Shown one piece after another: positions 49,825 to 61,630 of a stretch of 64,000 bases of DNA (its first letter is position 1; every line of letters begins with the position of its first letter). The notes under the pieces were generated by a model, which made no database searches, was not told the origin of the DNA, and saw only the letters and a program-made list of their open reading frames with translations. The translations under genes were made by a program, and so were the position numbers. The DNA lies in assembly GCA_035084275.1 (NCBI GenBank), contig CM068757.1, positions 7,254,001 through 7,318,000 of the forward strand, given 5' to 3'. This stretch comes from Hydrolagus colliei (lineage: Eukaryota).

Positions 49825-51283
49825 AACTAATATGTGTATAATAGAAATATAGTAGACAGAGAACATCTCAGTCATGGTGCCATAAGAACCTAAGACTGTA
49901 TATGGCTACCATGAACCCAACTCAACTCTTTGTAGGGACTTTTTAAAATTACAAGGACTTGTTTTAACAAGCATTGAATTTATAAATCATCAGTTGCGCT
50001 GTATGTAGGACTCAGCAGAACATTGCGAAATTATTGTAGTAGCCTCACAAACAATCCTTCCAAATTGTGTCAATGCACACCCATCAGGGAAGAAAAAGGC
50101 TAGCAGTAAGCACAGTGGCGGCCTTAATAAAAAGTTGAACCCAAATTAACCCGATTTCTGAGAGGAAGAGTCATGCACTATTTATGTCACCATCTGTTGG
50201 TGAGACCATAAGAACATTATGAAAGCCAGAAGTTTCATCCAAAGCATTTCTTCAGCTGTAGCCACACCCCACAGGAAATTTTGAAATAACACTACACCCT
50301 TACTTTTATCTTTGAATCAGTGAAATCATTTAGAATGTCAACCTTCGCTAACAGTCTAGTCAGATTTCCCATTCAAATATGGGTCACCTGTCCTTGAGTT
50401 GATCTCGTTTTCAAGGACAAAAGCAAAGATTTCAGAACAATCTAATTCAATAGACGTGTTCCTGAGGTAGTGGAGTTTAATATTGCTTTCATATGTAGAG
50501 CTTGAGATCAAATCCGCCTTCTCTTGATTAAGTGGGTGACAATAAAATATATCAACTTATTTCGTAGCAGGCAAAATCCAAGGCAAAAACAATTCAGAAT
50601 TTGGCACTCACTCAGACCCCACAGATGCTTGGTGTTCAAATTGCTATTGTCACCAATCAAGATACTAAGTGTGGAGAGAGTTCACTTGGCTTCCAGCCAG
50701 CACTTTACTTTCCCTGGGAGTGTTTAATGTCTGGAAAACCCAATGCTCTCTGATAGCGATATCACTCTCCTCATTCAAGATAACTTAATAATTTATAAAG
50801 TGCACCAGTTCTAATGAGAAAGCTTTTCCACGCCAGTTTAATGACTGGTCTGTGAACACAGTTCCCCAAATTCTCATCTAAAACTAGTCTCTGGGAGCAG
50901 CTATTCCTCCCAATTAGCTACTGCTAACTCTCACTTTGTTTGGGATACCAGGAAGCATGGTTATCACTTTCTCAATGAACCCAGCTGCCCAACAAAAAAC
51001 TAGTCTGACCCATTGTGGGAAACACAAAAGAATTTCACTTTTGTTGCTCAAGTATAAATCGCAATCTGGTGCACTTGATACAAGATAACGTCACCAAAAT
51101 TAATCCTTAGACCATAGCAAGTTCTTCAAAACTAAATATTAACAATAGCTTCAAGCAATAAGAACAAAATGACATTTGTATAGCATCTTTCATGTCGCGA
51201 GGACTAACGAAGGAGCAATTAACTAACGAAAGCCGTGAATCAAGAAGTGATATGAATGACCGAGAACAGCAAATTGAATTTAC

Positions 51284-51391
51284 CAATTTTTCCTTCTCTA
51301 GTTCTTGTCTGAAACGATCTTGCAATTGCATTTGGGACTGCAGGCGTTTCTTCTCCTCCTGTGCAGCCTTGCTGGCCGAGGACTCCAGCTC
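51284..51391 (-). CDS. SWAP70: SWAP70 exon 8, coiled coil
   Basis: gcgtag|gag; ELESSASKAAQEEKKRLQSQMQLQDRFRQELEKEKL; donor ttg|gtaaat; 108 nt. Confidence 0.95.
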
Positions 51392-51434
51392 CTACGCAAA
51401 CAGAAATGGGAAAAATTCAGGAGAACTTCTGATG

Positions 51435-51575
51435 ATGATAATAATCTTTGCATTTGATATAATGGCGCCTTATCGCGTCTTTGAGACATCTCAAACCACT
51501 TCACAGACTATACTGTAAGGTGAATAGACATGCTATTTTGTGGGCAAAACGCAGGGGCCAATTATGCACAGCAAT
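51435..51575 (-). mobile_element. SINE 3' tail just upstream of the SWAP70 exon 8 acceptor
   Basis: ataatctttgcatttgatataatggcgcctt...gagacatctcaaaccacttcacagactatactgtaag. Confidence 0.75.
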
Positions 51576-51887
51576 TTGGAGTGACAGGTTTTCACTGCAA
51601 AGTAACAACTGTACTTTTTCCTCTGAAAGTGCTGACTTTCTTACTGGTACCACAGCCAATCTCTGTTCCCTGACCCAAGTGCCCATTCATCGTGTGGGCC
51701 GGGATGATAAGTGCTAGGTCAACAGCGTCTCACCAGAAACACTGCGTAACAATATACTTGACTATATTAATTTAACAATGGAGGATACTACAGCAAAACT
51801 CAATTCCTGCCTGGTCCACTTTAAGTTCTTGATATCTTATGACACTGTTTGAACGAGAATAAAGTTTCTTCTCGTGTTGGATTAGAC

Positions 51888-52175
51888 CAGTGGTTCCAAA
51901 CCTTGGGTGCCGACCCAAATAAGGGTCACCGGGGTACTCAGTAGGGTCTCGAAGGGTCATTAGAAAATTATAATTTTTCTTTTTTAATGTTGAAAAGTGC
52001 CCGAGGCGACCAATTTGTATAAAAGACCGTACGAGTTGCACTGAGTCCACAAAAGACACGGAGGTATCGTCTTGGCTGTAATTCGCTTCAGTCGCACAGT
52101 CACCCCCTACAGGTCGGGCGGTCCTGTTAGTGGCCAATTTAGGGTCGCAGCTAAAAAAAAGGTTGGGAACCACTG
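51888..52175. mobile_element. hAT (Charlie-type) non-autonomous DNA transposon/MITE, 288 bp
   Basis: TIRs cagtggttccaaacctt and aaggttgggaaccactg; 8-bp TSD gattagac (51880-51887) / gattaggc (52176-52183); internal gggtc(g) motifs. Confidence 0.88.
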
Positions 52176-52499
52176 GATTAGGCTGTTACCATATGGATGT
52201 TTGTGCTCATCCAACAAACACACTCTTCCAGCTTTGGCCTCTAGGTAGCAATCAGGAGCTGGAAAGGTGAGAGTGTAAGGTGGGGACTGGGGAACACTGG
52301 CTCTTTGAAATCAGTAACCACAAGCTTGTTCTTATTTTGTACCGTATTGTGGTAAGCATCAAAAGAATGAGCTGCTGTAATTCTTGGAACTGGACGCAAG
52401 GAAAAAAACGACAGAGTCACACCATCAAATATTAGTCACCAGATCACCTTCTTATTCATTGATGATTACGGTGGAGCTCCATTAGAAGGCGATAATAAT

Positions 52500-53050
52500 A
52501 ACAACAACAACAACTTGGATTTATATATAGCGCCCCCCACACCGGACGGTGTCTCAGAGCGCCTCACAATAATGGATCCTGGGGCTGAGCCAAGGGGAGG
52601 GGAAAAAGGTGACCAAAAGCGTAATCAAAAAGAAAAATCTTTAGGTGCAACCTGTAAATAGGATAGGCGAGGGCAAGGCAAAGGGAGTGGGGAAGGGAGT
52701 TCCAGAGTCTATGGGCATAATGGCTGAAGGCACAGCTTCTGACGGTAGAAAAGAGGATTCAGGTGACGAGGAGGTGGCCAGACCCAGTAGAGAAAAGGCA
52801 ACGGGTACTGTTATGAGGAGAGAGGAGGTCAAGAGAGGTAGGAGGTTGCAGAGGAGTGGAGGGATTTGAAAACAAGAGTGAGGATCTTGAAATCGATCCA
52901 CTCTGAGAAAGGGAGCCAGTGAATTCTGACAAGGACTGGAGTAATCAGGAAGCAAAGTTTGATTCGGGTGAGAATGCGGGCTGCGGAAGTTTGAATAACC
53001 TGGATTTTATGAATGGTGGCGGAGGGGAGACCGGCGGAGGGGAGGCCGAT
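52500..53050 (-). mobile_element. L2 LINE 3' end, same family as the 29395-29900 copy
   Basis: ORF 52829..53152 contains GLPSATIHKIQVIQTSAARILTR...ITPVLVRIHWLPFSEWIDFKILTLVFKSLH...YLS (L2 ORF2 C-terminus); (aac)n tail. Confidence 0.92.
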
Positions 53051-54378
53051 ATAATACCCCACTCGTCTTACAAACACAGGCCTTAATAACCAGGTTAATG
53101 CTTCCGCACAAATTGTGGAATCCAAAGAAATACACCTCTGACAGCACTTCACAGACTAGTGCTTGAGCACAGGTTCCTGATTTGGCACTTGAATTGACCA
53201 CATTTGTAACCTCCAGTCCATCATTTTGTTGAGCTACTAGGGCACTTGGATTCAATGTTTAGTACAATTTAAAATTCAGCCGTGCACCACAGCTCACTAA
53301 GCCACAGGCTATAGATATTACTATGAATTCTGATACGTTCATCTGTGCCTTTAAATAGTTTTACAAACATGCCGGTGCTGCTTCTGGGACTGTACAGGAA
53401 GACAGTAGCTAAACCTACTTCCTCTTTTTGGGGGAGCCTGCAGTATTCAAAATTCGATCGAATCGAACAATATTTCCTCACTCAACACACAGTCTCAGGA
53501 CCTAAGCCTGAGACAACCTTGACAACCTTCCCTAATATGTTTCTGGAATTCAGTAAGCGGGATGGGTGCCTCCAGGAAGAGAGTGGGCTTTCCATTCCAA
53601 CAAATCTATCTCTGGAGTCTCCATGTGCAAGGGCGATGCATGGAATACTCAGTTCGGTTCTCTGAAGCGTGGGTTTCCACATGCGATAGACAACCGGCTG
53701 ATTCATTTACTACCAAAGTAAAAATACAGATCTATTGGCTTCTTAGTATTTGGACATATTGTACTGTAATAAGGAAAGTGAAAAATGTCACTGGAATTGG
53801 AGTGACAGCAAAAGTAGCGTGCTTTGTAACGCCAACTTGTGAAATAAGTCTTCGTCGATCAATTTTATTCAATTGGACATCAGAGCCGATCTCAATCATG
53901 GCTCAAAGAATGGGAGACAGAGAGAGAACGAGAGAGAGAGAGAGAATCAAAAGAGAAACAGAAGAGGGAAGAAAAAGGCCTCCACAGAAATAAGAGCACA
54001 AAGAAAACAAGCGAACCCACGGTAGGAAAGTGCAAACAGCAGCATGAAGAAGCGAGAACCAATTGGAGGTCGGAGGCATGTGGTAATTATAGCACAGCCC
54101 CAGATTACACCAAAACCATATAGTGTACACAAAAAACATACAGTTCGGAAATTCATTGTTTATACTGAAAAATAGAACAAAAGGGCGATTTGCAAGGAAA
54201 GTGCTCTGGGAGGCTTGGATTAAGCCCATATTTACTAGCCTTTCCTCATACAGAAATAAACAGTCCTAAGTTTGACAGTAAAAGGCTGGGAGGACCTTAA
54301 GGAAGCTGTGATTAGCAGTGTAATACCCCAAACTGAGGGGGATTTTGAATTTTTAGAGCTTATTTTCCTCATTGCTAT

Positions 54379-54570
54379 CACTCGGCTTACAAGCAAGAAA
54401 CCTGGGTTCAATTCCCAGCAGGGCGAAACCTTGGGCAAGTTTCCTTACTCCACATGCTTAATAATAATCCCTCCAAAAAAAACCAATAATAATTTGGTCA
54501 CACAGTTCATAACTGTTTGTGGGACACTGCTATATCAAAGGTAAGGATTATGATTATTATTATTTATTAT
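54379..54570 (+). mobile_element. SINE (short subfamily) with internal deletion
   Basis: B-box gggttcaattcc; ...gtttgtgggacactgct is joined directly to atatcaaa...aaggattat. Confidence 0.85.
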
Positions 54571-55699
54571 CTTGTACGTCCTGCTGAAAAATGCAGATGT
54601 ATGATGAGGGTCAGGGACACATTTGGCTGCAATGTTCCTGTGGCAAAGGGGGGGCAGACACTCACTGCCATATAAGAAAGAAGGTATGACCACTTTCGCA
54701 ATATACAGAAGTGCCTCCAATGCAGAAGTGACCCTATTCTGAGCATGTAAAATGTGAGGGGTGGGAGAAAGAGAGGCAAACCAATTAAGAAATTAGAAAA
54801 CAATGAAATGGACATTACAGTAACACTGTGATCATTTTAAGTTGAAACTATGTATGGTTCCCACCACACCCATGTCTGAAAAGAGCCGAGACTTGGGACA
54901 GGAAATCCTGCATTTAAGGTTTTGTGAAAATACCTAACAGTATTCAAACAGCAATGTTCACAGATGAAGATTCTGGTACGAGAAGAGTCCTCAGCTTGCC
55001 AAATTGTAAAGCAACTGATCGTTCCATTAAAAAGAACATGACTTCAGTACCTTTTTTTTTCTTTGACCAAAATAGGTTTTCCTACATATCTTAATGCCCC
55101 ACACACGCAATAGATTCCTGTTTAGTTTAGATGAGGCTCTCAGACTATCTCCACTCTGCACACTTCACTGAAGAACCTATGGCAGGGGAGGTGGCAATGG
55201 ACTATAATAACCAGCCACCAAGGTGAGATTTCAACAGTGTCTATACCATCTGTAGCAAGTTCCAAGAAATCAAGGTTGAAAACTATCTTTGGTGAGGATC
55301 TGTGGCAGGAGACCTAAATTGTGGCTCCTGCTAAGCAGGCGAAAGAAAGAATTGATCAGTTCTCGATGACTATTGTCTGCAAAAAAAAGTCTACACTAAA
55401 TAAATGATGTTGTTTATGTTATGAAATTATGTTTTTGGATGTAATAAGACACCCGAAAAATAAAATGATTTCCTTAATGAAACGCAGCTGAAGGCAATAG
55501 AAATGTGGTTCTCATCTTGAAAGTTCAAGAGTGTACTATGGTTCCCTATATGACAAACTGGTTTTAGAAAAAGGTAATTTTATTTCAGTGTGTTGTTGTT
55601 CTGCATATCTGAGATAAGACTCCCACTGGCCTATTTTAATCTTTTCAAAACAGATAAAACCCCCAAGACCATTTGTACATTCCAGGCAGCAGAATGAAC

Positions 55700-55820
55700 A
55701 GTGGAACTTACCGTAAAGTGAATTAATTGTATTTTTTTGTGGGGAGTGGAAAAAACACGGCAGCCAATCATGCACAGCAGTGTTGCACAAACACTTGTGG
55801 ATTGAGTGACCAACTTATTA
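55700..55820 (-). mobile_element. SINE internal fragment
   Basis: gtaaagtgaatt...cacggcagccaatcatgcacagcagtg...gtggattgagtgaccaa. Confidence 0.7.
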
Positions 55821-56019
55821 ATTCAGACAATATTTGTCACCCAGTTACAATTTACATGATCAAAAAGGAGGGTCTGTAGATGGGCCTTGATATAGGCAAT
55901 GGAGTGGGAGTGGCAAAGGGACTGTGGCAAGGGTGGGAGGGCAGAGAGAAATGTTAGCCAGGAAAAGTTTGTGGAGAAATTCTCTTTCCTCCAATTCAAA
56001 TCAACAGGCCCTCACTCAC

Positions 56020-56201
56020 CATGCGCATTTTCTCCAGTTCGACTTGTTTATCTTCATTGGCCAATTGCAGCTCCTTCATCCTCCGCTCGATCTCCTCCTG
56101 TTCGGCCTGTAGCCTCTGTCGCTGGCCTCGACGTTTCAGCTGTCCTTCTTTGTGGGGCGGGAGTCTGCTGTCTCTCACCAGGTTGATAGCTGTTTGAATG
56201 C
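56020..56201 (-). CDS. SWAP70: SWAP70 exon 7
   Basis: aaatag|gc; (G)IQTAINLVRDSRLPPHKEGQLKRRGQRQRLQAEQEEIERRMKELQLANEDKQVELEKMRM; donor atg|gtgagt; 182 nt. Confidence 0.95.
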
Positions 56202-56483
56202 CTATTTGAAACACACCGAGGTTAGCAAACCCAAGACATGGCACCCCCCAAAAAAAGAAACTGTTAAAAAGTAGGCACTGTGCGCAATTGAAAAAGCCAC
56301 GAAAATGTCAGCCAAAGCATTATAATTCTAAAGTTGTTGCCCCATTTCGCCCACAATTGGGCACAGCTGTAATGCCACCATGGCTTAACAACAAGGCAAA
56401 ACACACACTGATGGTTTCCACATGGAGAAAGGTTTACTGGAGTAAGACATTGAAAGGAAAGTGGCATCTTTCAGTGGCATCTT

Positions 56484-56661
56484 NNNNNNNNNNNNNNNNN
56501 NNNNNNNNNNNNNNNNNNNNNNNNNNNNNNNNNNNNNNNNNNNNNNNNNNNNNNNNNNNNNNNNNNNNNNNNNNNNNNNNNNNNNNNNNNNNNNNNNNNN
56601 NNNNNNNNNNNNNNNNNNNNNNNNNNNNNNNNNNNNNNNNNNNNNNNNNNNNNNNNNNNNN
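56484..56661. other. Assembly gap (178 N) in SWAP70 intron 6
   Basis: Run of N, immediately preceded by a tandem agtggcatctt repeat (56460-56483), which suggests a collapsed minisatellite. Confidence 0.98.
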
Positions 56662-57234
56662 AGAATTGGGACAAAATAATCCATTGCCTCTTCTCAATCA
56701 CATTTTTGTTCTGTTACCCTAATCTGGTAATCCTATGCTCCAAAGTCATACCAAACAGAGAACGGTGAAGATATTTAAAGACAAAGTGGTTCAAATGGAT
56801 TTGAAAAGCGGACAACATAATGTACCTTGACTGGTATGAGGTTACTGTAGTTAAAATATTTTATGTTATTATACTTCAGTCAATGCTTTATTTCACAGAG
56901 GATAATAATGTAACTGCTTTCTTTTTATGGGTCAGCTGAGTATCAGATATGAGAAAACCCATCACCGATCTTCAGAGTATTCAAACTAGATAAGAGTTCC
57001 TCATATATAATATATATGTACATGAAAATTTCCATGGGGCTGGACTACGAGTGTATTTGATTTAGCACCTTTCACATATTTGAGACATCTCAAAGCACTT
57101 CACAGGATATATTGTAAAGTGAGAGTTTGGAATAAATACAGTATTTTATGAGTGAAACATGTACTTAGTCTAAGGAGAACATCACTTCCAACAACTGACA
57201 CAAGCAACTGAAAGCAAGCACAAATCACCCTTAC

Positions 57235-57343
57235 CTTGGATCCATTCTTGCTTTTTCTTTTTATCTGGTGCACTGATCTCAAAAGTCTTATCTGAGCACT
57301 TTACCAGCAACAGACATTTCTTTCCATCTTTATCCGGTAAGGA
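57235..57343 (-). CDS. SWAP70: SWAP70 exon 6, PH domain C-terminal part
   Basis: tttcag|tcc; [36 protein letters not shown]; phase-1 donor g|gtaagg; 109 nt. Confidence 0.96.
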
Positions 57344-58420
57344 CTGAAAATAAATCAATCACATTAGCTATTGCAAACTCTCGGACTTTGACCTTCCTTG
57401 ATTTGCAGAATTATTTTATATTAGCTCTTCAGATTTTAAGATGAGGAGAAACCACAACCTCGGATATAACCAGAACTTGCAATACTTCCCATTAAAGACA
57501 GTGTTACAAAGTGTATCGTGGGTCAACAGGAAAACTGTAGCAAACAAAGATCGTGTTAAACGGGATCTTTATAAACAGGAACAGACTGTAGCAAACGGAC
57601 ATCTTTTATCCCACATAAACCAAAACATTCTGAGCAGATCACCAGAATAACAGCAATGGGTTAGAATAAGAGGAACCTAAATCCCAAAGCAGTATCATCA
57701 ATTATAATTGGTATTATATTTAACAGGCTTATATGTATGTCTCAGGGTTTACAGCCAATAATATACATTATTACTTTATTTTAAAAACACAGACCGACAA
57801 ATAGTTGGCAGTCTTTCGGGCTCTGTCAGAGCCTCAACATGATTAACTTCTGAGGAGGTCGGGAGAATGGGAAAAGGAAAGAACACAAAGTCAAACCTAA
57901 AATGCAACACCTGTATTAATAAACCATTGCAAGTCTTAACCCAACCCTTCAATTTCAAATATTAGAGCACTGTTTAAATAATTCCATCAGATGGGAATAG
58001 GTGTGGGTTAAGGTATTGCTGTGTTGAATTTGTTCTGCCAGATCATTATATCCTAGCAGTTCTTATTGTTTCAATTGTATGTATGCACCAGTAATGTGCG
58101 GATAAAAGATGTAAAAATCTTTAAGAAAATGTTCACTTGTTCTGAATTCGTCTCAGAAGGAAGAGTTTCCTCTTTCCTCGTCAATTCTCTTTATTATTTT
58201 AACTACCTCAATCTCTCCTCTGTTTGAGCAAATGATCCACATCTCTAACTCTCAACTAAATGCCCCACCTGCATTTTACACAAGTATTGAACTTCCTTGC
58301 TTTCAGGTACCGGACGTCTGGTAATAAAACCTCGTATTTTAATAGCCTTTTTCATTGCTTTCTGCATCAAAACCTAACTCTTACTTAGTGTCTCATGAAC
58401 AAGAAGCTTACATATTAAAA

Positions 58421-58727
58421 AATAATAATAATCCTTACATTTCGATATAGAACTTTTCATGTCTTCTAGATGTCTCAATGCGCTTCACAGAATATACTGT
58501 GAATGACTGTATATTTGTGGGCGAAACGCAGCAGCCAATTGCACACAGCAGTGTCCCACAAACTGTCATGGATTCAATGATCAAATTATTATTGGGGGGT
58601 TTTCTGATGGGATAATTATTGGGCATATGGAGTTATGAAATTTGCCCAAGGTTTCCCCTCCCGGGAATCAAACCCAGGTCTGTTGTTAGTGAGGCATGAG
58701 CTCTAACCACTGTGCTTTAGGACTCCA
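58421..58727 (-). mobile_element. Full-length SINE (short subfamily)
   Basis: Reverse complement of the head (ctctaaccactg...ggactcca; ggaatcaaacccagg) and the canonical tail. Confidence 0.9.
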
Positions 58728-58880
58728 CTGTGTGTGTCTCTCTGTATATGTGAGTGTCTGTGTGTCTCTATGTCAGTGTGTGTGTGTGTGTGTGTTTGAG
58801 TGTATATCTTGCTTTCTGTGTGCGTCTCTCTCTCTGTTTGTGAGTGTGTGTGCAAGCACACGCATGTGTGTGTACACACA
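58728..58880. repeat. Imperfect (TG)n/(TC)n microsatellite
   Basis: tgtgtgtctc...gtgtgtgtgtgtgtgtg... Confidence 0.85.
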
Positions 58881-59231
58881 GGTACTGGTTTTCTTCACTG
58901 GGTAGAACAGCAAAGTAAACTGAAGTCCATTGTTTCCCCAAGAATGGTTTTAAATAGTGTATATCTCAAATCCCTGACAGTCCAGTGCCTTGGGACGTCC
59001 ATCTAACATGCAAGGTACTATATAAATATAATGTGTTGCTGTTTTACTTCCCTTTTCCTATTTCTCATTTGAAGTACTTAAGATGTGAGCGGCAGGTAGA
59101 GAATAAATATCAACTCATAAATCTGAATTTGGGACATAACAGATTCAGCAAAAATGGAAAAAATACTTTCAAGTCGGGGGTGTTTTGTGTGCATTTGTTT
59201 AGGGATCAGTACAAATGTTAGGTCCGTTTAC

Positions 59232-59378
59232 CTCCACATAGCAGTTAGTGCTCAGAACGATATCCCCTTTCTTCTCCTTCAGATCTTCGCTGACGTAATA
59301 TGAAATGATGTCAGGTTTCAACACAAACCAACGCTCAGTCCAGTTCTTCCTTTTGTGCCCTTTTTTCCACATGTAACC
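59232..59378 (-). CDS. SWAP70: SWAP70 exon 5, PH domain N-terminal part
   Basis: [49 protein letters not shown]; cag|ggt acceptor, gag|gtaaac donor; 147 nt. Confidence 0.97.
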
Positions 59379-60924
59379 CTGCCCAGAAGAGAGAGCATCA
59401 TTCATTTGAACAAGCAGTCAACCAAAACGCACAATAGCACAAGCACTGACATCAGTGGCTCTGCGCCAAATTAGACAGTAAATTCAGGGAATTTACAACC
59501 TAAACTGAGGTAGAGTTGGAGGGGGAAATCAGTGACCTCCACCACAGCAGCCAACACTCATTCAAGTGAACACAAAACATGAGTTCAAAAAAAAACCTGC
59601 TGTTTTGCCTTGCTCACAGCATTAAAATTGAGTGGAAGCATAAACTACAAACCTCCTGAAGTTGTCCGTCGGATTAAATTATTTGCATCTTTGTCCCTGT
59701 GTTCAAAATGGTTATCAGCCATTTTACCACAACAATATATGCACTGGCCCAGAGAAAGCTCACCAGGGAAGGACAGAAAATGACTCCTCTGAAGTTTTTT
59801 CTATCACTTGTGCACAACAATTGTAGTGTGGCTAAATAGCGCGCATACATACTACAATAGTTTCTCTGTACTCAACACAAATATCATAACCGAAAGGTGA
59901 GATCAGGCAAAGGAATGTAGCACACCACCTTGAAAGTGCTCAGACAATTAGTGTGAATGCTAACGCAATCGTAACACTTCTGGAAGACTTTTTATCAAGT
60001 CAAACTTTACAAGTATCTTAAAAAGAAAATTTACCTGATCAGTTCGTTAAGACTATGGCAACAGATAATTCCGTATGTTTGTTTCCTTATGACCTTCACC
60101 AAACCACAAACTGCAAATTGCATTTATCTAAGCGCCTTTCACGTCAGCAAGTAAAACTTTACAATGATCCCTGACAGAAAATTCACCTGAACAGTTACTT
60201 GCACTATGTCAACAGCTAAATCACTGCTATTCATGTGCGTGTTTTCTTTGGATTCAAGTGCACAAGTATTTTTCCTTCCCCCACCCCCCACCCCCACAAC
60301 AGATCGAAAAGATCCAAAGTCCAGTTTACTCAGTAACTTTACACTCCTTATACATTTGCAAAACAGATTGGGCAAACCTCACCATCAATTACCCTGAAAT
60401 TTGCCACCTACGTGAGACAGGTGCTCACACTCACGGTTGAAAGAACTAGTTACTTTTTTTGGGCAGGCAGCCTTCCCCAAAGTAAACACGAAAAGCATTC
60501 AATGTGCTGGTAAACAGAGGTTCCGTTCATAATCCCTTCATAATCCCTCCGCCCCCACCCCCAACCATCCTAACTCTCGCGCCAACCAACCTGCTCGACT
60601 GCTTCTCAACTGTGGTAACCTTAAACTATTAAATGTTAATCCTCAGAAACAGGGAGAAGAAATTAGGTGCAGTGTTTGGCAGGAGGTGCAGCACAGCACA
60701 GGAGAGTGACAGATCGGGCAGCCTTTCTTTTCCTGTTGTGAAGATCTGGCAGGAAAGTTCCCCTGTTAACTTTTACTGGCTCTAACCAATTTTTGTTCAA
60801 ATTCTGAATGCTGGAGTTCCCAAGGTAGAAATAGTCACTGTATTTAGCCCTTGCCCTCCGCTATCAACCCAGAACTAAAGGTCACACAGGTGCAATCATT
60901 TCGACAGTTTACCTAAAGTTACAG

Positions 60925-61024
60925 GACTGGTTTAATCAGTCTGATTTCCTGATTAAAGTGACTGGTTTAATCAGTCTGATTTCCTGATTAAAGTGACTGG
61001 TTTAATCAGTCAGATTTCCTGATT
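60925..61024. repeat. 35-bp tandem repeat, ~2.9 copies, internally palindromic
   Basis: Unit gactggtttaatcagtctgatttcctgattaaagt at 60925, 60960 and 60995 (partial). Confidence 0.95.
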
Positions 61025-61237
61025 TGAGGATTGCAGATATCGGCACTATATGCTTTTAAATTTTAAACACAGCACAGTCGGGATCAGTCTCTTGTTTGTT
61101 CCTGTAGCGAATTTGAGGTTATCCAACCATGTCAAAAGGCAAAACACAACTCAGTGAGAATTCTCCCTCTCTAGACAAGCACAAGAAGAGTTGGGATTGG
61201 AATCTAATCATGCTATAGTCCTTCACATAATGGAAAC

Positions 61238-61511
61238 AATATCCTTGCATTTGATATAGCATTTTTCACATCTTCTAGATGTCTCAAAGCGCTTCACAGA
61301 CCTTACTGCAAATTGACTATATTTTTGTGAGCAAAACAAGGCAGCCAGTTGCACACAGCAGTGTCCCCACAAACACTCGTGGATTGAAATAACAAAAAAA
61401 TTTTGAGGGATTATTATTAGGCATGTGGAGTAACAAAACTTTTGCTCTGCCTGGAATCGAACCCAGGTCTCTCGTTTGTAAGGCGAGTGCTCTAACCACT
61501 GAGCTACAGGA
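61238..61511 (-). mobile_element. Full-length SINE (short subfamily), young-looking head
   Basis: Reverse complement reads cctgtagctcagtggttagagcactcgccttacaaacgagagacctgggttcgattccagg, with perfect A and B boxes. Confidence 0.92.
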
Positions 61512-61561
61512 AACGTTTGATTGGAGGCATGGAGCATTATTTTATGCAGTTCTACAGGGAT

Positions 61562-61630
61562 CAGCGCCTTGGGACGTCCTCCTGATGTGAAAGGCGCTAT
61601 ACAAATGTAATTTTGTTGTTGCTGTTTGTT
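61562..61630 (+). mobile_element. Short L2 tail
   Basis: cagcgccttgggacgtcctcctgatgtgaaaggcgctatacaaatgtaattttgttgttg. Similar tails at ~7070, 23550, 45355 and 48720. Confidence 0.75.

Noticed and set aside
53007-54229. Cluster of overlapping 70-143 aa ORFs in SWAP70 intron 7
   Set aside because: No recognisable domain or consistent splice structure; partly L2 and a (GA)n repeat.
56288-56722. ORFs of 72-144 aa
   Set aside because: Artefacts of translating through the N gap.
60925-61024. CRISPR array
   Set aside because: The repeats are directly adjacent with no spacers, there are no cas genes, and the context is a vertebrate intron.
61455-61511. tRNA gene (also heads at 18331 and 31907)
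   Set aside because: The A/B boxes belong to SINE heads that continue into the SINE body; there is no complete cloverleaf or terminator.
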